A stretch of 63,286 nt of DNA, filler included, from Rhabdomonas costata (lineage: Eukaryota): NCBI GenBank assembly GCA_019059605.1. It is 37 parts of 37 records of this genome, joined end to end, with 100 filler letters (N's around TTAATTAATTAA, not from the genome) between each part and the next. Parts side by side here need not be neighbours in the genome. Positions count along the whole stretch, not along the records: positions 37,707 to 39,318 come from JAHMHO010011985.1; positions 39,419 to 41,032 come from JAHMHO010011986.1; positions 41,133 to 42,745 come from JAHMHO010011987.1; positions 42,846 to 44,458 come from JAHMHO010011988.1; positions 44,559 to 46,167 come from JAHMHO010011989.1; positions 46,268 to 47,882 come from JAHMHO010011990.1; positions 47,983 to 49,595 come from JAHMHO010011991.1; positions 49,696 to 51,308 come from JAHMHO010011992.1; 29 more parts are not named here. One strand, written 5' to 3'. Position numbers and translations under genes: made by a program. This document shows, piece after piece, positions 38,715-50,044 of this stretch (position 1 is the stretch's first letter; every line of letters begins with the position of its first letter). The notes under the pieces were generated by a model. The model did no database searches. It was given only the letters and a program-made list of their open reading frames with translations, and was not told where the DNA came from.

Positions 38715-39418
38715 CTCGGGGGAGGGGGGAGGGGGGAGGCTTAAGAGTGTTTCACTAACTCAGAGGCCATGCCAAAGCAATAAGCAATAAGGACTTCTCT
38801 CTCAACGGAACGAATGGAAAGAATAATCCGCGCTGAAGCTGTGAGGAATTCTAAAAGGGGAGCCCGCCTTCAATTGCCATCCGATAACCCCGAAACCCAT
38901 GCATTAGAACATCCTATCGCCTGCGAAACACAGCCGATCACAATAACACGCCAATGACCGGCAAACAGGAAAGAGTAGAGGACACAGGAGCATGACCGTT
39001 ACACAGAAGGATCTTTATAGCAAGCAATCGTTCTTGCTCAGAACAGTTTGGTTGTGGGTTCAGCATTATTACCGAAGCAGTTTATAGATGCTGAGTAAAG
39101 GGAATACAATCCCACACGGCTTCGCACAATAGGGGGCGGGTGCGAGTGCGACAGATCCAACGGAGCTGCACACCAGATCCTATTAAGCTCACTTCAAGGC
39201 TCCTCCTAAAATCAGATCTGGATAGATCAGATCAGGACTGCAGACAGGGTCCGGGTTCGTCGGACATCGGAGAACTTGGGTTGTCCTTCGGCCTCAACAG
39301 AGCCTCCTCCACCACACANNNNNNNNNNNNNNNNNNNNNNNNNNNNNNNNNNNNNNNNNNNNTTAATTAATTAANNNNNNNNNNNNNNNNNNNNNNNNNN
39401 NNNNNNNNNNNNNNNNNN

Positions 39419-41032
39419 GTTATCAACATATGTAGGAATTGTTACATATGCATTTTGAACAATACCAGATCCTCCCATTCCTCCGCCAAATGCTCCATAC
39501 ATCTGTGTTAATGTTCCTGCTTCATTTGTATTTAAAGTCGTTGTTGGTGTATAATTTACCCATTTTGATAATGAAGAGCTGTATTTTAATAATTGACCTT
39601 CAGATGCTCCACTGATTGAACAGTCTAATAATGTTGAAATATATACTGGTACAGCTGAATTTACCCATTTTGAACTGGTTGAATTATACACAAGAACATT
39701 ATTATTAGCTGGGCTTGATATGTTAAAATCTGATAAATATGAGCTTGATAATGTCACATTAACCCATTTTGTGCTTGCTGTATTGTATACAAGAGCTTGA
39801 TTATTTGCTAATGTACCTAATGTAACGTCTGATAATGATGATATGTGTATTGGAGTTACATATAATGAAAGTGTTGACCAGCCTGTGCCATTATAAATAT
39901 AAGATCCATTATTTGTAGATGTTGAATCATTTGTTACAATACATACATCACCTTCATCTGCTGTCAATGCGTTTCGTTGTGCTATAGTGTTAACAGATGT
40001 TACATTTGTGATAGAAAGAGAAGGAATTTGAGATGTATTTAGCTTTCCATTTGAATCTAATGATGCTAGACCATTTGCTTGAGCTTTAGAATTTATAAAA
40101 GTATCCAAATCTGGTATATCTGATGTCAATAATGCTCTATTTCGCCATTTATAACCACCAGCCTCAATATTTCCTAGTGTATAAACAAGTACATGACCAA
40201 CAGCTAAATCAGAAGCTACAACATCTTGTAATTGTGTAATTTTATAACCACATGCTGTACTTGTTAAAGTTACCGCATTTGTCCCATCAGTAATTATAAT
40301 TTTATTTTGATCTCGAATAACAGGATATAATCGTCTGTATGCTTCATACAATAATAAATTCAATTGATTGTATAATATGTTACCAAAAACTTTTTGATAG
40401 GTAACAAGAGGATAACCAGAAGATGAATCAGTTGTGACTGTAAAATCAGTACCAGCGATATAACGATTTTCATAAACCCAATCATCATAGATTCTAGCAA
40501 AAAACCCAGTATATCCAGTTCCTAATGAATATGAAGCTGTATCTGCTGATAAATTCCATACATAAATAATTAGATATCGATATGATATTGTTGCAGGTAA
40601 TATTATTAATGATTTTGTGGAATCCAATACACCATAATTTAAATATATTAATGTTGATGATGGTGAAGGTCTTGTAGTAGCATTATAATCAGATGTTGAA
40701 TTAGAACCGTAGACATCAATATTAAAACTTATACCATTTTGTAATGACGCTAGACTCCAATATAAAGCAGTAAAAAGAACAGCTGAACCATAATCAATAT
40801 TATATCTTGCAAATTGGCCAGATGTAAAAGTATCTGTTGCACCATTACTATTTATAAAATAACTTGTTACAGTGTAGGTTCTAGATGTTCCATTAAATGA
40901 GCCAATAGCTGAAGTTGGACTTTTTAAACTTTTATCTTCGAATATGATGTTTCCTTTGACGTCATCAACAAAATTAGTTACAACTGATGAATTTTGAGCA
41001 TGTGTACCAACTTGTAAAGACGTTGATGACTT
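39419..41032 (-). CDS. Virus/phage-type tail-fibre or adhesin-like structural protein; frame open across the whole contig (about 537 aa, both ends missing)
   Basis: AT-rich and intronless. It contains KAQANGLASLDSNGKLNTSQIP, RNALTADEGDVCIV...YIYNGTGW and three L(S/L)Dxx(I/L)......LxYxxxxxKWVN repeats typical of fibre proteins. Confidence 0.75.
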
Positions 41033-43727
41033 NNNNNNNNNNNNNNNNNNNNNNNNNNNNNNNNNNNNNNNNNNNNTTAATTAATTAANNNNNNNNNNNN
41101 NNNNNNNNNNNNNNNNNNNNNNNNNNNNNNNNGTTTTGTGTTACGTCCCAGCAAAAGAGAGGTCCACACCCCAAAGAAGCAGCCAGGATGCGGAGGGAAA
41201 CTCAAAACGCCATATGGACGCAGAAAGACCATCACAGCGTGCAGTGTTTGTGTGCCACACTCACACAGTCTCATATGGATGTTATCTTCTCTTAGCTCTA
41301 ACTTCTCTTCTCTTCAGCATTCGTCCCTTGTCCCTTCTCGTTTTTGATCTCCCTTTCTGCCCTGCGAGGTCGGACGTGGTTTCTCTACGACTCTGTAATA
41401 TCCCTACCCCGCGTGTCCTTGTGTTGCTGAATCTCATGCATTGTCGTGCCTTTGCAGCGAGGGTAGATCGGAGGGAACCTCTTCCAGCAGCGAGCGCGCT
41501 TGGCTCCGAGCTTATTTTCAGCGTCTCAACCAGCACCTTGCGGCGTTACGTTCTACTCTGATGTTGGATCGTCACTGTGGTTTCTGGTTCGGGTCTCGTG
41601 CTACAGATTCGAACTCGTTGCGCAGCTGGGACCCGCTGGAGGCGGCGTCGCTGCCCGGGAAGTGCCCCACCCCCGCCTCAACCCACGAGGAGCTACCAGC
41701 GGGGTTAGAGTTTGGGTTCCATCCAGCGCGAAGGTACGTTACTGGAAAGTCCGTCAATGGTCTTCCCAACAGCGTGGCCGTCGTGCTAAGTTTCTATTGT
41801 TTTGTCACTGCCGTTCTGCTATTAACGTTGTGGTCCCTCCCTGTCTGCTGTCATGCATTGTGATGAGTGAGAATAGATTGACCGTGCCGTGTTAATTGAA
41901 AAGTTGAAACCGCCAGGTCCCTAACGCACCGCAAAATTATCTGTGTTTTGCAAGGGCTTTTCCCGTCCCTGCACTCTCCAGAAACACTCATACCAACATG
42001 GGCATTTGAGGCATAGTGATATGGGGATCTGATACCGCTCTTATTCTCTCCCTTTTTGGACGTTTTACATTGCAATGCAACAAAGTTTTTTGTCCCAACC
42101 ATCCCTCTCTCACTTTCAGCGTAACTCCCTTTTTTCAGCTTTACAGACCCTGGGGCTCAACAAAGGCGTTGGGGAGGGGGGGGGGGCGAAGAAGGACTAG
42201 TGCCCCTGTCATTTTTTTACAAGGTTTCTGTTTTTAACGTTTTTTCACCTTTTGGTGGGCATGGTGACAATATACGTCTGTCACCAAACCCGTTCTTCAC
42301 GACCTCGTTCTGTAGGATTTTTTGAACCCTCTCTCATCTTTGTTTTCCCTTGCAGGACACGCTCCCCTTGCACTCCTCTGGTGACTGTCACCCCCAGCAC
42401 AGCCCCGGCGGAGGCCTTGCCGCTTCCCCCTGAGGCTTCTCCTCTGCTGCTGGGGAATCCGCCTCGCCGAATCTCTGCGGATTGTTCATGCGGCAGCCCC
42501 CCACTGTCACAAGGGCAGCAGCCGCCGCGATGCGGAGCTAGCCCTTGTCCAGGACCTTCCGCTGGGCTGCCACCGCACCTTCAGGACGGATCGCCTCCTT
42601 CCGCTCTCAAAACAGTGCTCCCGCTACAGGTCGGTTTTCGGTTTTCTGCTGAGGAAGGGCAGTTTTCCTTTTTAAGATTCTGGACGACATAGAACCATGT
42701 CGTCCAGAATCTTAAAAAGGAAAACTGCCCTTCCTCACCAAAAAANNNNNNNNNNNNNNNNNNNNNNNNNNNNNNNNNNNNNNNNNNNNTTAATTAATTA
42801 ANNNNNNNNNNNNNNNNNNNNNNNNNNNNNNNNNNNNNNNNNNNNTTTTGTTGGTGCACCCTCCAGAAAAGAACTGTCTCCGTTGTGCTGTGGTCCCCCC
42901 CCCGATTTTGGTATATCTGTGTATTCGCGTCAATGTACTTGAAGCGGAGCGGGGAAAGGTGAGAACTGCGGGTTTGGAGCCGGAAACCACAACAACTTCG
43001 CGCCCTCCATTGATCAGACGTGCGTCTCCTCCACTTGGAACGTAGCGGCGCGTTGAATCGCTCATACTCGGCTCGTTGTGGCAGGTGAGAGAGGCAGGCG
43101 AACCCAAAGCGAAGCTAGGCATGCCGAAAACAAAAGAAAATGAGAGTCAGAGGGATGGCTTTTTTAAGTTGAACCTGAGCCGTTTTTTTCCCGCAGGCTA
43201 GAAAGCACCTGATCCGTCATTTGTGTTCTCTTCTGCTTTATTTTCGGCCGGTCTTCGACGTGATGCAATTTATCTCCTATCTACCTCCTATCACGCTTTT
43301 TCCATTGTCCGTGTTTTCGTTGTGACGCACGCCACTGCCAGCATTTTCCGACGCATCTTCCGGACTTGTTTTCAGTCGGTCATTTTTCCAGTTCCCCAGG
43401 GTATCATCTCGCAATTCATCATCAGCCTTTTGCGTCCCATGAAGTACTTCCCCCCCCCTATACAGGCACGCAACCTCTCAAAGGCACCCTTCATCTTATT
43501 GTACCCTCTTCGGCCCATTCCATAGGAAAAAACGGAATTTGGTGAGATTGTTTGCGTTTTGGGATAAATTTGGATGCACCATATTTGCAATATAAAATGT
43601 CGCCTCAGGATGCTAATTCAACTCGGATTCAATAAGAATCTGTTACTACTTTTTCTCTCACTACGTTGCTTCCGAGTTAAGAGGGAGGTCGCCTTTCACC
43701 GCTCCAAGAGAACCCGAAAGGTACAGG

Positions 43728-44456
43728 TTAACATACGGGGGGCAACCCATAACCCCTCACGCCCGCTGCTGCAGTGGAGTCATTCGCCAACAGTCCACCC
43801 GCCACCGTAGCTAACACCATCCTTAGCTCGACAACCAGCAGGGTAGGGTAGTGCCGATGATCCGGTGAGAACTCCGGCACACTTCGGTTGGCGGTCAGTG
43901 CAAAGGCATCCACCACCTCTAGCCCCGGCACTCTGGCCACTGCACGCATCTCGCGGCGATGCAGCTCCTCGCTTCCTTCGGTGGAGAACCTGCCCCCCAC
44001 ACAGTATGCCTGGCTGCAACCGCCACTCTGGCACCGCACCGCAGTCTCTACAGGGAATTGAGCCCATGCCGAGGCTGCAGCCTGCCAGGCTTTCTCCGAG
44101 GGAGTGCCTAGGAAATTCGAGGACCGCCAGACCCTCAGCCTGGCCCCGGAAAACAATGCTGCCGTTCCAGCGATCGTGGGAAGCATCTCCGCATCGAAAA
44201 ACGCCGAGCCCAGCCTGGGGCATGGGTGGGCCGGAAACATGTGCAGCGCGTGCAAGCCGTAGTTGAACACCACCAGATCCACCCGGGCGAGCTTGAGGTG
44301 GCGGACCCACCGGGTAAGCCACCGGAGGTACTCCTGGAGGGACCGCCACGGCCACACCGTCGGGTCGGGGTACCACTGCTGGAGCAGAGTCAGCTGCACC
44401 CCTCCGATCCGGGTCCGGTGCAAGCGGGTGAAGGTCCCCCAGTTCACCCCCACCAC
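43728..44456 (-). CDS. SGNH-fold PC-esterase/O-acetyltransferase-like protein, C-terminal part
   Basis: VDLVVFNYGLHALH, RVWRSSN, LEVVDAFALT and a terminal DHRHY (DxxH) motif. Confidence 0.72.
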   Translation of the reverse strand: MVGVNWGTFTRLHRTRIGGVQLTLLQQWYPDPTVWPWRSLQEYLRWLTRWVRHLKLARVDLVVFNYGLHALHMFPAHPCPRLGSAFFDAEMLPTIAGTAALFSGARLRVWRSSNFLGTPSEKAWQAAASAWAQFPVETAVRCQSGGCSQAYCVGGRFSTEGSEELHRREMRAVARVPGLEVVDAFALTANRSVPEFSPDHRHYPTLLVVELRMVLATVAGGLLANDSTAAAGVRGYGLPPVC

Positions 44457-46267
44457 ACNNNNNNNNNNNNNNNNNNNNNNNNNNNNNNNNNNNNNNNNNN
44501 NNTTAATTAATTAANNNNNNNNNNNNNNNNNNNNNNNNNNNNNNNNNNNNNNNNNNNNATTTCTACCACGTGAATTTCTGGAAGGCATAGACAGGACGAA
44601 CTATTCAGCGTTCGATGGCAAACTACAGGGTACTTTCTCGAGAATTTAACACCAATCGCGCAAGACGCGGAGGGTCGACGTTTCCTGACAACCACGCCAA
44701 CAGCGAAGGGCCAAGGACCACTGGTGGGTACCGACACCCCTTGCCATATCTGCTCCATAAGCGGGAAGGTGCGAAGTGTGGTGCGGTTAGGGGAGGTCAT
44801 AAGGATGCTGAGAGAGCTGAACCAACCAAAACCGCCGATACGAGAGCTGCTGCGTTTCTGGAGGCCGATCAAACAGGGGAGAGAGGGGTAAATGCCCGCG
44901 AATCTTACACGCGGGGCGGCAGGAGGACGGTGCCAAGCCGCGCGACACGTGAAACAAAAGAGCAAAGGCAACGCGCCCACCTCCACAAAAATGACCCAAA
45001 CCCCTCATTCATCTGACACGTCTCTGTCTTCAAGGAGAGGAAGAGGGGCAAGACTCCAGAGAGCATTGAGGACAAACTCCATGAGAGATGGGGGAAAACC
45101 AGAGACACAGCGAATACGGACGCGACGCAGCGAAAATGTTCCTGAAAAAACCTTTCTCAAAAGCCGATCGCTCGGAGCAAAAGGTGCACAGCGCGCACAG
45201 ACTTACCTCGCTCAGATTCAAATTTTTGCGAAGACTTGAAGCGGAGCAGATCATTAGTGAGTGCAATTCGCCGTTGCAGTGTTCGACCCATGCGTTTCCG
45301 TTCGTCTTAAGCACTTCCGGATCTTGTTTCCGTCCGGAGCATACCCACACCGCCACGCGGTTGCAGTTGCCAGTTGCTACAGAACTGCCCTCGAAGCAGT
45401 TCCGAAACGCTTCAGGTACAAAAGGTTGTCTCCTCCATAATCCTCGCAGACATATATAACCGGCCTCGCGAAACGCTGGAGGCCCGTCACCGCGCCTGCA
45501 CCAACACGGAAGTACCCACCCCTGCCTTTTCCAAGTGCCGCTTCGCTTCTTTGGTTTGGTTTGGCCCTGGCTAGAGAGGAGGGATTACGGGGTGCCGTGC
45601 AGAGCAAGCTTGGACACATGGCGGTTCGGCTGACATCCAAGCAGTATGGGCCCACCTGACGCAATTTGAAACTCTCAGGCAGGCAACTGGTCGCTGTTGG
45701 TGTGGTTGTCAGAAAACGTCGAGCGTCTCTCGTTCAGAAATTTTCGGTCCCAGACCCCTGCTGCCACTGGAGTTTGAGTAGCAGGTCTGCAGCCGCGCCG
45801 TCTAATCTGTTGCCAACCAACGCGCTCTGAATTTTTTTTGGTCCCGTGCGTTTCGGCGGACATCCGTGACAAGAACACAGAAAATAAAGGACACCTGCAC
45901 CCCACCAGTCGGAAAAAGAGAACCTCAAGCGTCCGAGTCTTTCAGTCGTACATCCCACCAAGGGCTTCCAACACAAAACTCACGCAGCGGAAAAAAACAA
46001 GACGAACCACTCCGACGAATCTTGGTCGTTTTGTCTGCAATCCAGCATCTGCACAAGCTGGAGAGCATACTGAAAGACCGGCTAAAGTAAAGCCATAAAA
46101 CCAGGAAAGCTCCTTCCGACTGGAAGGAGAAACGAACGATTGCTTTTGCTGAAAAGGAAGTCAGCGANNNNNNNNNNNNNNNNNNNNNNNNNNNNNNNNN
46201 NNNNNNNNNNNTTAATTAATTAANNNNNNNNNNNNNNNNNNNNNNNNNNNNNNNNNNNNNNNNNNNN

Positions 46268-46470
46268 GTGGATGTCATTCATTGCTATTCTGTTCCGGCT
46301 CTTGGTGTGAAGGTTGACGCCATTCCTGGCAGGGTTTGGTGGGTCTGTGTTGGTGCTTTGTGTCCTGGGTAGTATTCCGGTAATGCGCTGAGCTTTGTGG
46401 GTCGGGTCATGGTTTTATGCCTTGTGGTGTCATTGCGTATTCTGATGTTGCGTCCGCTTTCATGGTTTCG
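46268..46470 (+). CDS. cox2: Cytochrome c oxidase subunit II, CuA-binding C-terminal part (mitochondrial type), interrupted by TAG at 46370-46372 and one missing base at about 46382; 3' end undefined
   Basis: The frame from 46268 reads VDVIHCYSVPALGVKVDAIPGRVWWVCVGALCPG*YSG. After the 2 nt 'aa', the frame from 46384 reads CAELCGSGHGFMP. Spacing is identical to canonical DVxHS..VPxLGxKxDAIPGR-x10-PGxYxGQCxExCGxxHxFMP. Confidence 0.9.
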
Positions 46471-46596
46471 TGCCTTCCTGATGTTCCTTCCTATCCGGCT
46501 TTGTGCTCCCAAGTTAGTATCCAGGTCTCGTGTGTGTATTCTTATGGTGTGTTGGTGTCGAAGTGTGTCGTTGTGTCCGTTTCAGAGGTCTGTAGC

Positions 46597-47450
46597 AACC
46601 ATGCTCTCTGTGTCAGTCAACCATGCCGTGTGTCAACCATGCCGTGTGTGTCAACCATGCTCTCTGTCTCCGGTTCTGTCAACCTTGCTCTCTCTCTACC
46701 ATGCTCTCTGTTGCTGTGTGCTTGTACTGTAGGGGTGTTGGTGTGGCGGTTTGGTATTGCGTGCTGTGTTTGTGGGCTTTACTTCGCGTGCGTGTGCGTT
46801 CTTCTTCTTATAGGTATAGGTGTAGGGTTAGGTATAGGTATAGGTATAGGTATAGGTTCTGCTGTAGGTGTAGGTGTAGGGTTAGGCTGTAGGTGTAGGT
46901 GTAGGTGTAGGTGTAAGGGTTAGGCTGTAGGTGTTGTGTCTGTGTTCTGTCTCAACCATGCTCACTGTTAACCATGCTCACTGTTGTTGTTGTGGAGTCG
47001 GTGCTGTAGTGCTGTCAGGATGTGGTGGTGTGGACGTTGGGTTGCTGTGGGTGTCGGTGTCCGTGTCAGTGGTTGGTGGCGTTGCTGGTGTCGTAGTCGT
47101 AGTCGTTGTCGTAGTCGTAGGGTGTTCGCGTCTCTGTTTCTACAACCATGCTCTCAACAACCATGCTCTTATGCTTCGTAACCATGCTCTTTGTAACCAT
47201 GCTCCCTCTGTTCCTGTCTCCGTAGTGTTGGTTTAGCGCGCTGTGTGTTCCTGGCTGTTGTGTTGTAGTGCTTGGTGGTTGATGCGTTGGGTTGTCGTGC
47301 TGTTGGTTGTCAGGGCTTGTGCTGTTGGTTGTCAGGGCGTCTGGTGTTGTTGGGTTGATGCGTCTCAGTCTCATGGTGTCACGGTCTCAAGGTCTCATGG
47401 TGTCAGTCTCCGTCTCAGTCTCTCCAACCATGCTCTTTCTAACCATGCTC
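46597..47450 (+). repeat. Dispersed AACCATGC(T) motif, 12 exact copies plus 2 variants in 4 clusters, within G/T-biased DNA
   Basis: Exact copies start at 46597, 46619, 46635, 46653, 46954, 46970, 47144, 47159, 47180, 47195, 47426 and 47441. Variants lie at 46681 and 46697. Confidence 0.9.
46810..46932 (+). repeat. Degenerate hexamer tract (TAGGTA/TAGGTG/TAGGGT)n
   Basis: Tandem hexamers are directly visible. Confidence 0.85.
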
Positions 47451-49196
47451 TCAGCCTCCGTCTCATGGCCTTCCTGTTTCTGTCTATAGTGTCATGTCCT
47501 CTGTTAGCGTATGGTGTATGGTGTAGGGTGGTGTCATGGTAGTCGTAGGGTTGGTGCTGCTGTTGTTGTGTCGTAGGGTCGTGTTGGTAGGGTCGTAGGG
47601 TTAGCGCTTGTTGTGTTCTTGCTGTCATGGTGTTACGATCTGTGTTAGTGCTTAGGATGTGTCGATGCTGTTGGGTTGAGGGCTGATGTTGGGATGTTGG
47701 GATGTTGGGATGTTGGGTTCGTGTGGATGGGTTCGTGTTGATCTTTCTTTCTTCGGTGGGTTCTCTTTCTCCCCTACAGTCATGCTGAGTTACTGCATTC
47801 TTCACTCATAGTCATGCTGATACCCTTACCCTTACGCCGAACTCAACAACGACATCCACCCTACCACTCCAGAAGCGCGAAGNNNNNNNNNNNNNNNNNN
47901 NNNNNNNNNNNNNNNNNNNNNNNNNNTTAATTAATTAANNNNNNNNNNNNNNNNNNNNNNNNNNNNNNNNNNNNNNNNNNNNTGTTGGTTGGAAACTCTC
48001 ACTTTTGAGATGAAACAGGTCATATCGTGTAACGTCAATATACCGAGCGTTTATACGGTCATAGGCTCTGAATAATATATAATGGCTGTCGTACTCGCTG
48101 GTAATTTTTTTGGTGATGGGAACTAACTTTTTGCTGGGCTCAGCTGGGCTCGGGCCGCTGCTTGGTTGACTGATGCGGGGACCTCGCCTTTGGAGCTGAC
48201 TTAGGTTTCATGTGGCGACGCGTTTCCAAGCGAAGAAATTTCAGGAAGGGGGAGTCCCCCCGCATAAATTTCCCTATCAGCGGGGGAAGGAAGGGGATGG
48301 GATAGACCACTCAACGTTGAGCGAGAAAGGCAGCCAAAGGAAGGCAAACACTGAAAGACGAAGATGAATAGTCCAACAGGGATGGAGAGCTGAAGAAGCG
48401 AGCCAGGGTTTCGCACCATTCCGCGACATCTTTTGAACTCTGCTTTTGAACTCTGAGGACATCTAATATCTCAAGAACGGTGTGCAAGTACGTGAAGTAT
48501 GTGCGTAGGTGTGTGTGCGGGCAGGGCAGTGGATGAAAGAAAGACTCATACAGTCGTTTTGTCGGCCCTGGAACTTATCCACGGTCGTAACATGAGCGGG
48601 CATCCCAAAGACTGTGTCCGGGCCACAGCTGTGAATAATGCAGAAAAATGCAGGTGGTGACCGCAGGAGGGAGGGGGTAAGAGGAGGGTATCGGGGAATG
48701 GAAGGTTCGTCGAAACATAAGTTAGAGGAAGCGTATGCAAGCAAATATTCCCTGGAAAAAATGTCTTCCTCGGCAGGCTTGGGGAAAAGCCCCCACCAAA
48801 TCCCGCTGCTCCCATTACGCATTATGCATTGCTATAAAAAGAAAAGCACCGGAAATGCTTTACAAAAATGTCAAAAGAGGAAATATAGGGAGTCTAGGTT
48901 CGCGTTCTGGAGTTCCCTTGCAGTTGAGTGCAGTGAGCCCTGGGCGACTTTCCCCCTTGCTCGTTTGTGCTTATGTTCACCACGGTTCACCCAAGCTCGC
49001 AGTGATTAAGGGCCGGGGGTGGGTTGACCCAAGCGAGCTTGAAAAAAGAAGCTCACAGAGGGAATATATCTCCAATATTGTGTAAACTGAGATCACAGCG
49101 GTGGAAGAAAATATGGCATACGTTCGGCAGTGAACCTTTTTCTAGGGGACACGTGCATCGCTTCCTAACCCCCTGCGAGATCAGGTATATAGAGAT

Positions 49197-49523
49197 TCAC
49201 TGGAAATGTCCATCGCGAATGTGCTCCATCAGCGAAAGAAAGGGGTCCTTGCCATCCAAGTTTGCCTTTAATAGCCCAACAAATGTCCCTCCAGAACGCC
49301 ACCCTTGGCCCTTGATCCATTTCTTCAGTCTGCCCCAGGTGCCATTGGTTGACACAGTCCGTAGACGGCCTCTGACAACCTCCTTACGAGAGTAGACCCC
49401 TTTGCTGTGGTCCACGGTGCATAGAATCAACCCATGAGCTTCCGCAGGCTTGCTATAGGCACGAGCGTCATCAGCAAAGATAGAGCCAGAAGCAACGTGA
49501 TCGAATAGCTGTGAAGCTTCCAA
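49197..49523 (-). mobile_element. Merlin (IS1595/ISXO2-like) transposase C-terminal relic with internal deletions
   Basis: HVASGSIFADDARAY...TVDHSKG...VSTNGTWGRLK...DPFLSLMEHI matches HVxxGSxIxTDxxxAY...VNHS...TNxxExxWxxLK...DPF. The catalytic Glu region is deleted. Confidence 0.8.
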
Positions 49524-50044
49524 GGAATTTGGAGGACCAAACCTCTGCTCATCCGTCTCAGAGTCTAGCTTTCATAAAGTTCTAACACCACCCCCNNNNN
49601 NNNNNNNNNNNNNNNNNNNNNNNNNNNNNNNNNNNNNNNTTAATTAATTAANNNNNNNNNNNNNNNNNNNNNNNNNNNNNNNNNNNNNNNNNNNNGGTGG
49701 TGGTGCCACTGTTTGAGCTGTGTGAAGGGTGACAGGAAGGCAACGCGACTCGAAAGTGCTCCGTATATCCCCACGGTACTTTCAAGCAGGGCCCTAACCC
49801 AAAGCGGTCCCCCTAACCTGCCAACAATGCTCACAGCTATGCTAGCATCCGCCGTGTGAGATTTCGGAGGAAAAATACACAGGTGACATGGGAATCTCAC
49901 TTCCGTCAGAGACGGGACTTGAAAATCAAAGCGGTGCGAAATCGTTGCCTGTCCTCTCCGAGGCACCAAGAATACATTCTTTTGGGGTCACGCTGGGCCC
50001 GGATCTGCACCCAAGGCAGAAAGCAGATTTGCAAGCCAGCTCAC

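Noticed and set aside
42650-42737. Perfect 41-bp hairpin with a 6-nt loop, as a terminator, miRNA or MITE
   Set aside because: It abuts the contig end and the A/C primer tail, so it is best explained as an amplification fold-back.
14661-44456. GT61, SGNH esterase, mucin-like and Cys-rich genes as a surface-glycan gene cluster
   Set aside because: They lie on separate contigs ordered only by length, so no linkage can be inferred.
46810-46932. TAGGGT-like hexamers as a telomere
   Set aside because: They are degenerate, internal and adjacent to cox2, with no pure (TTAGGG)n array.
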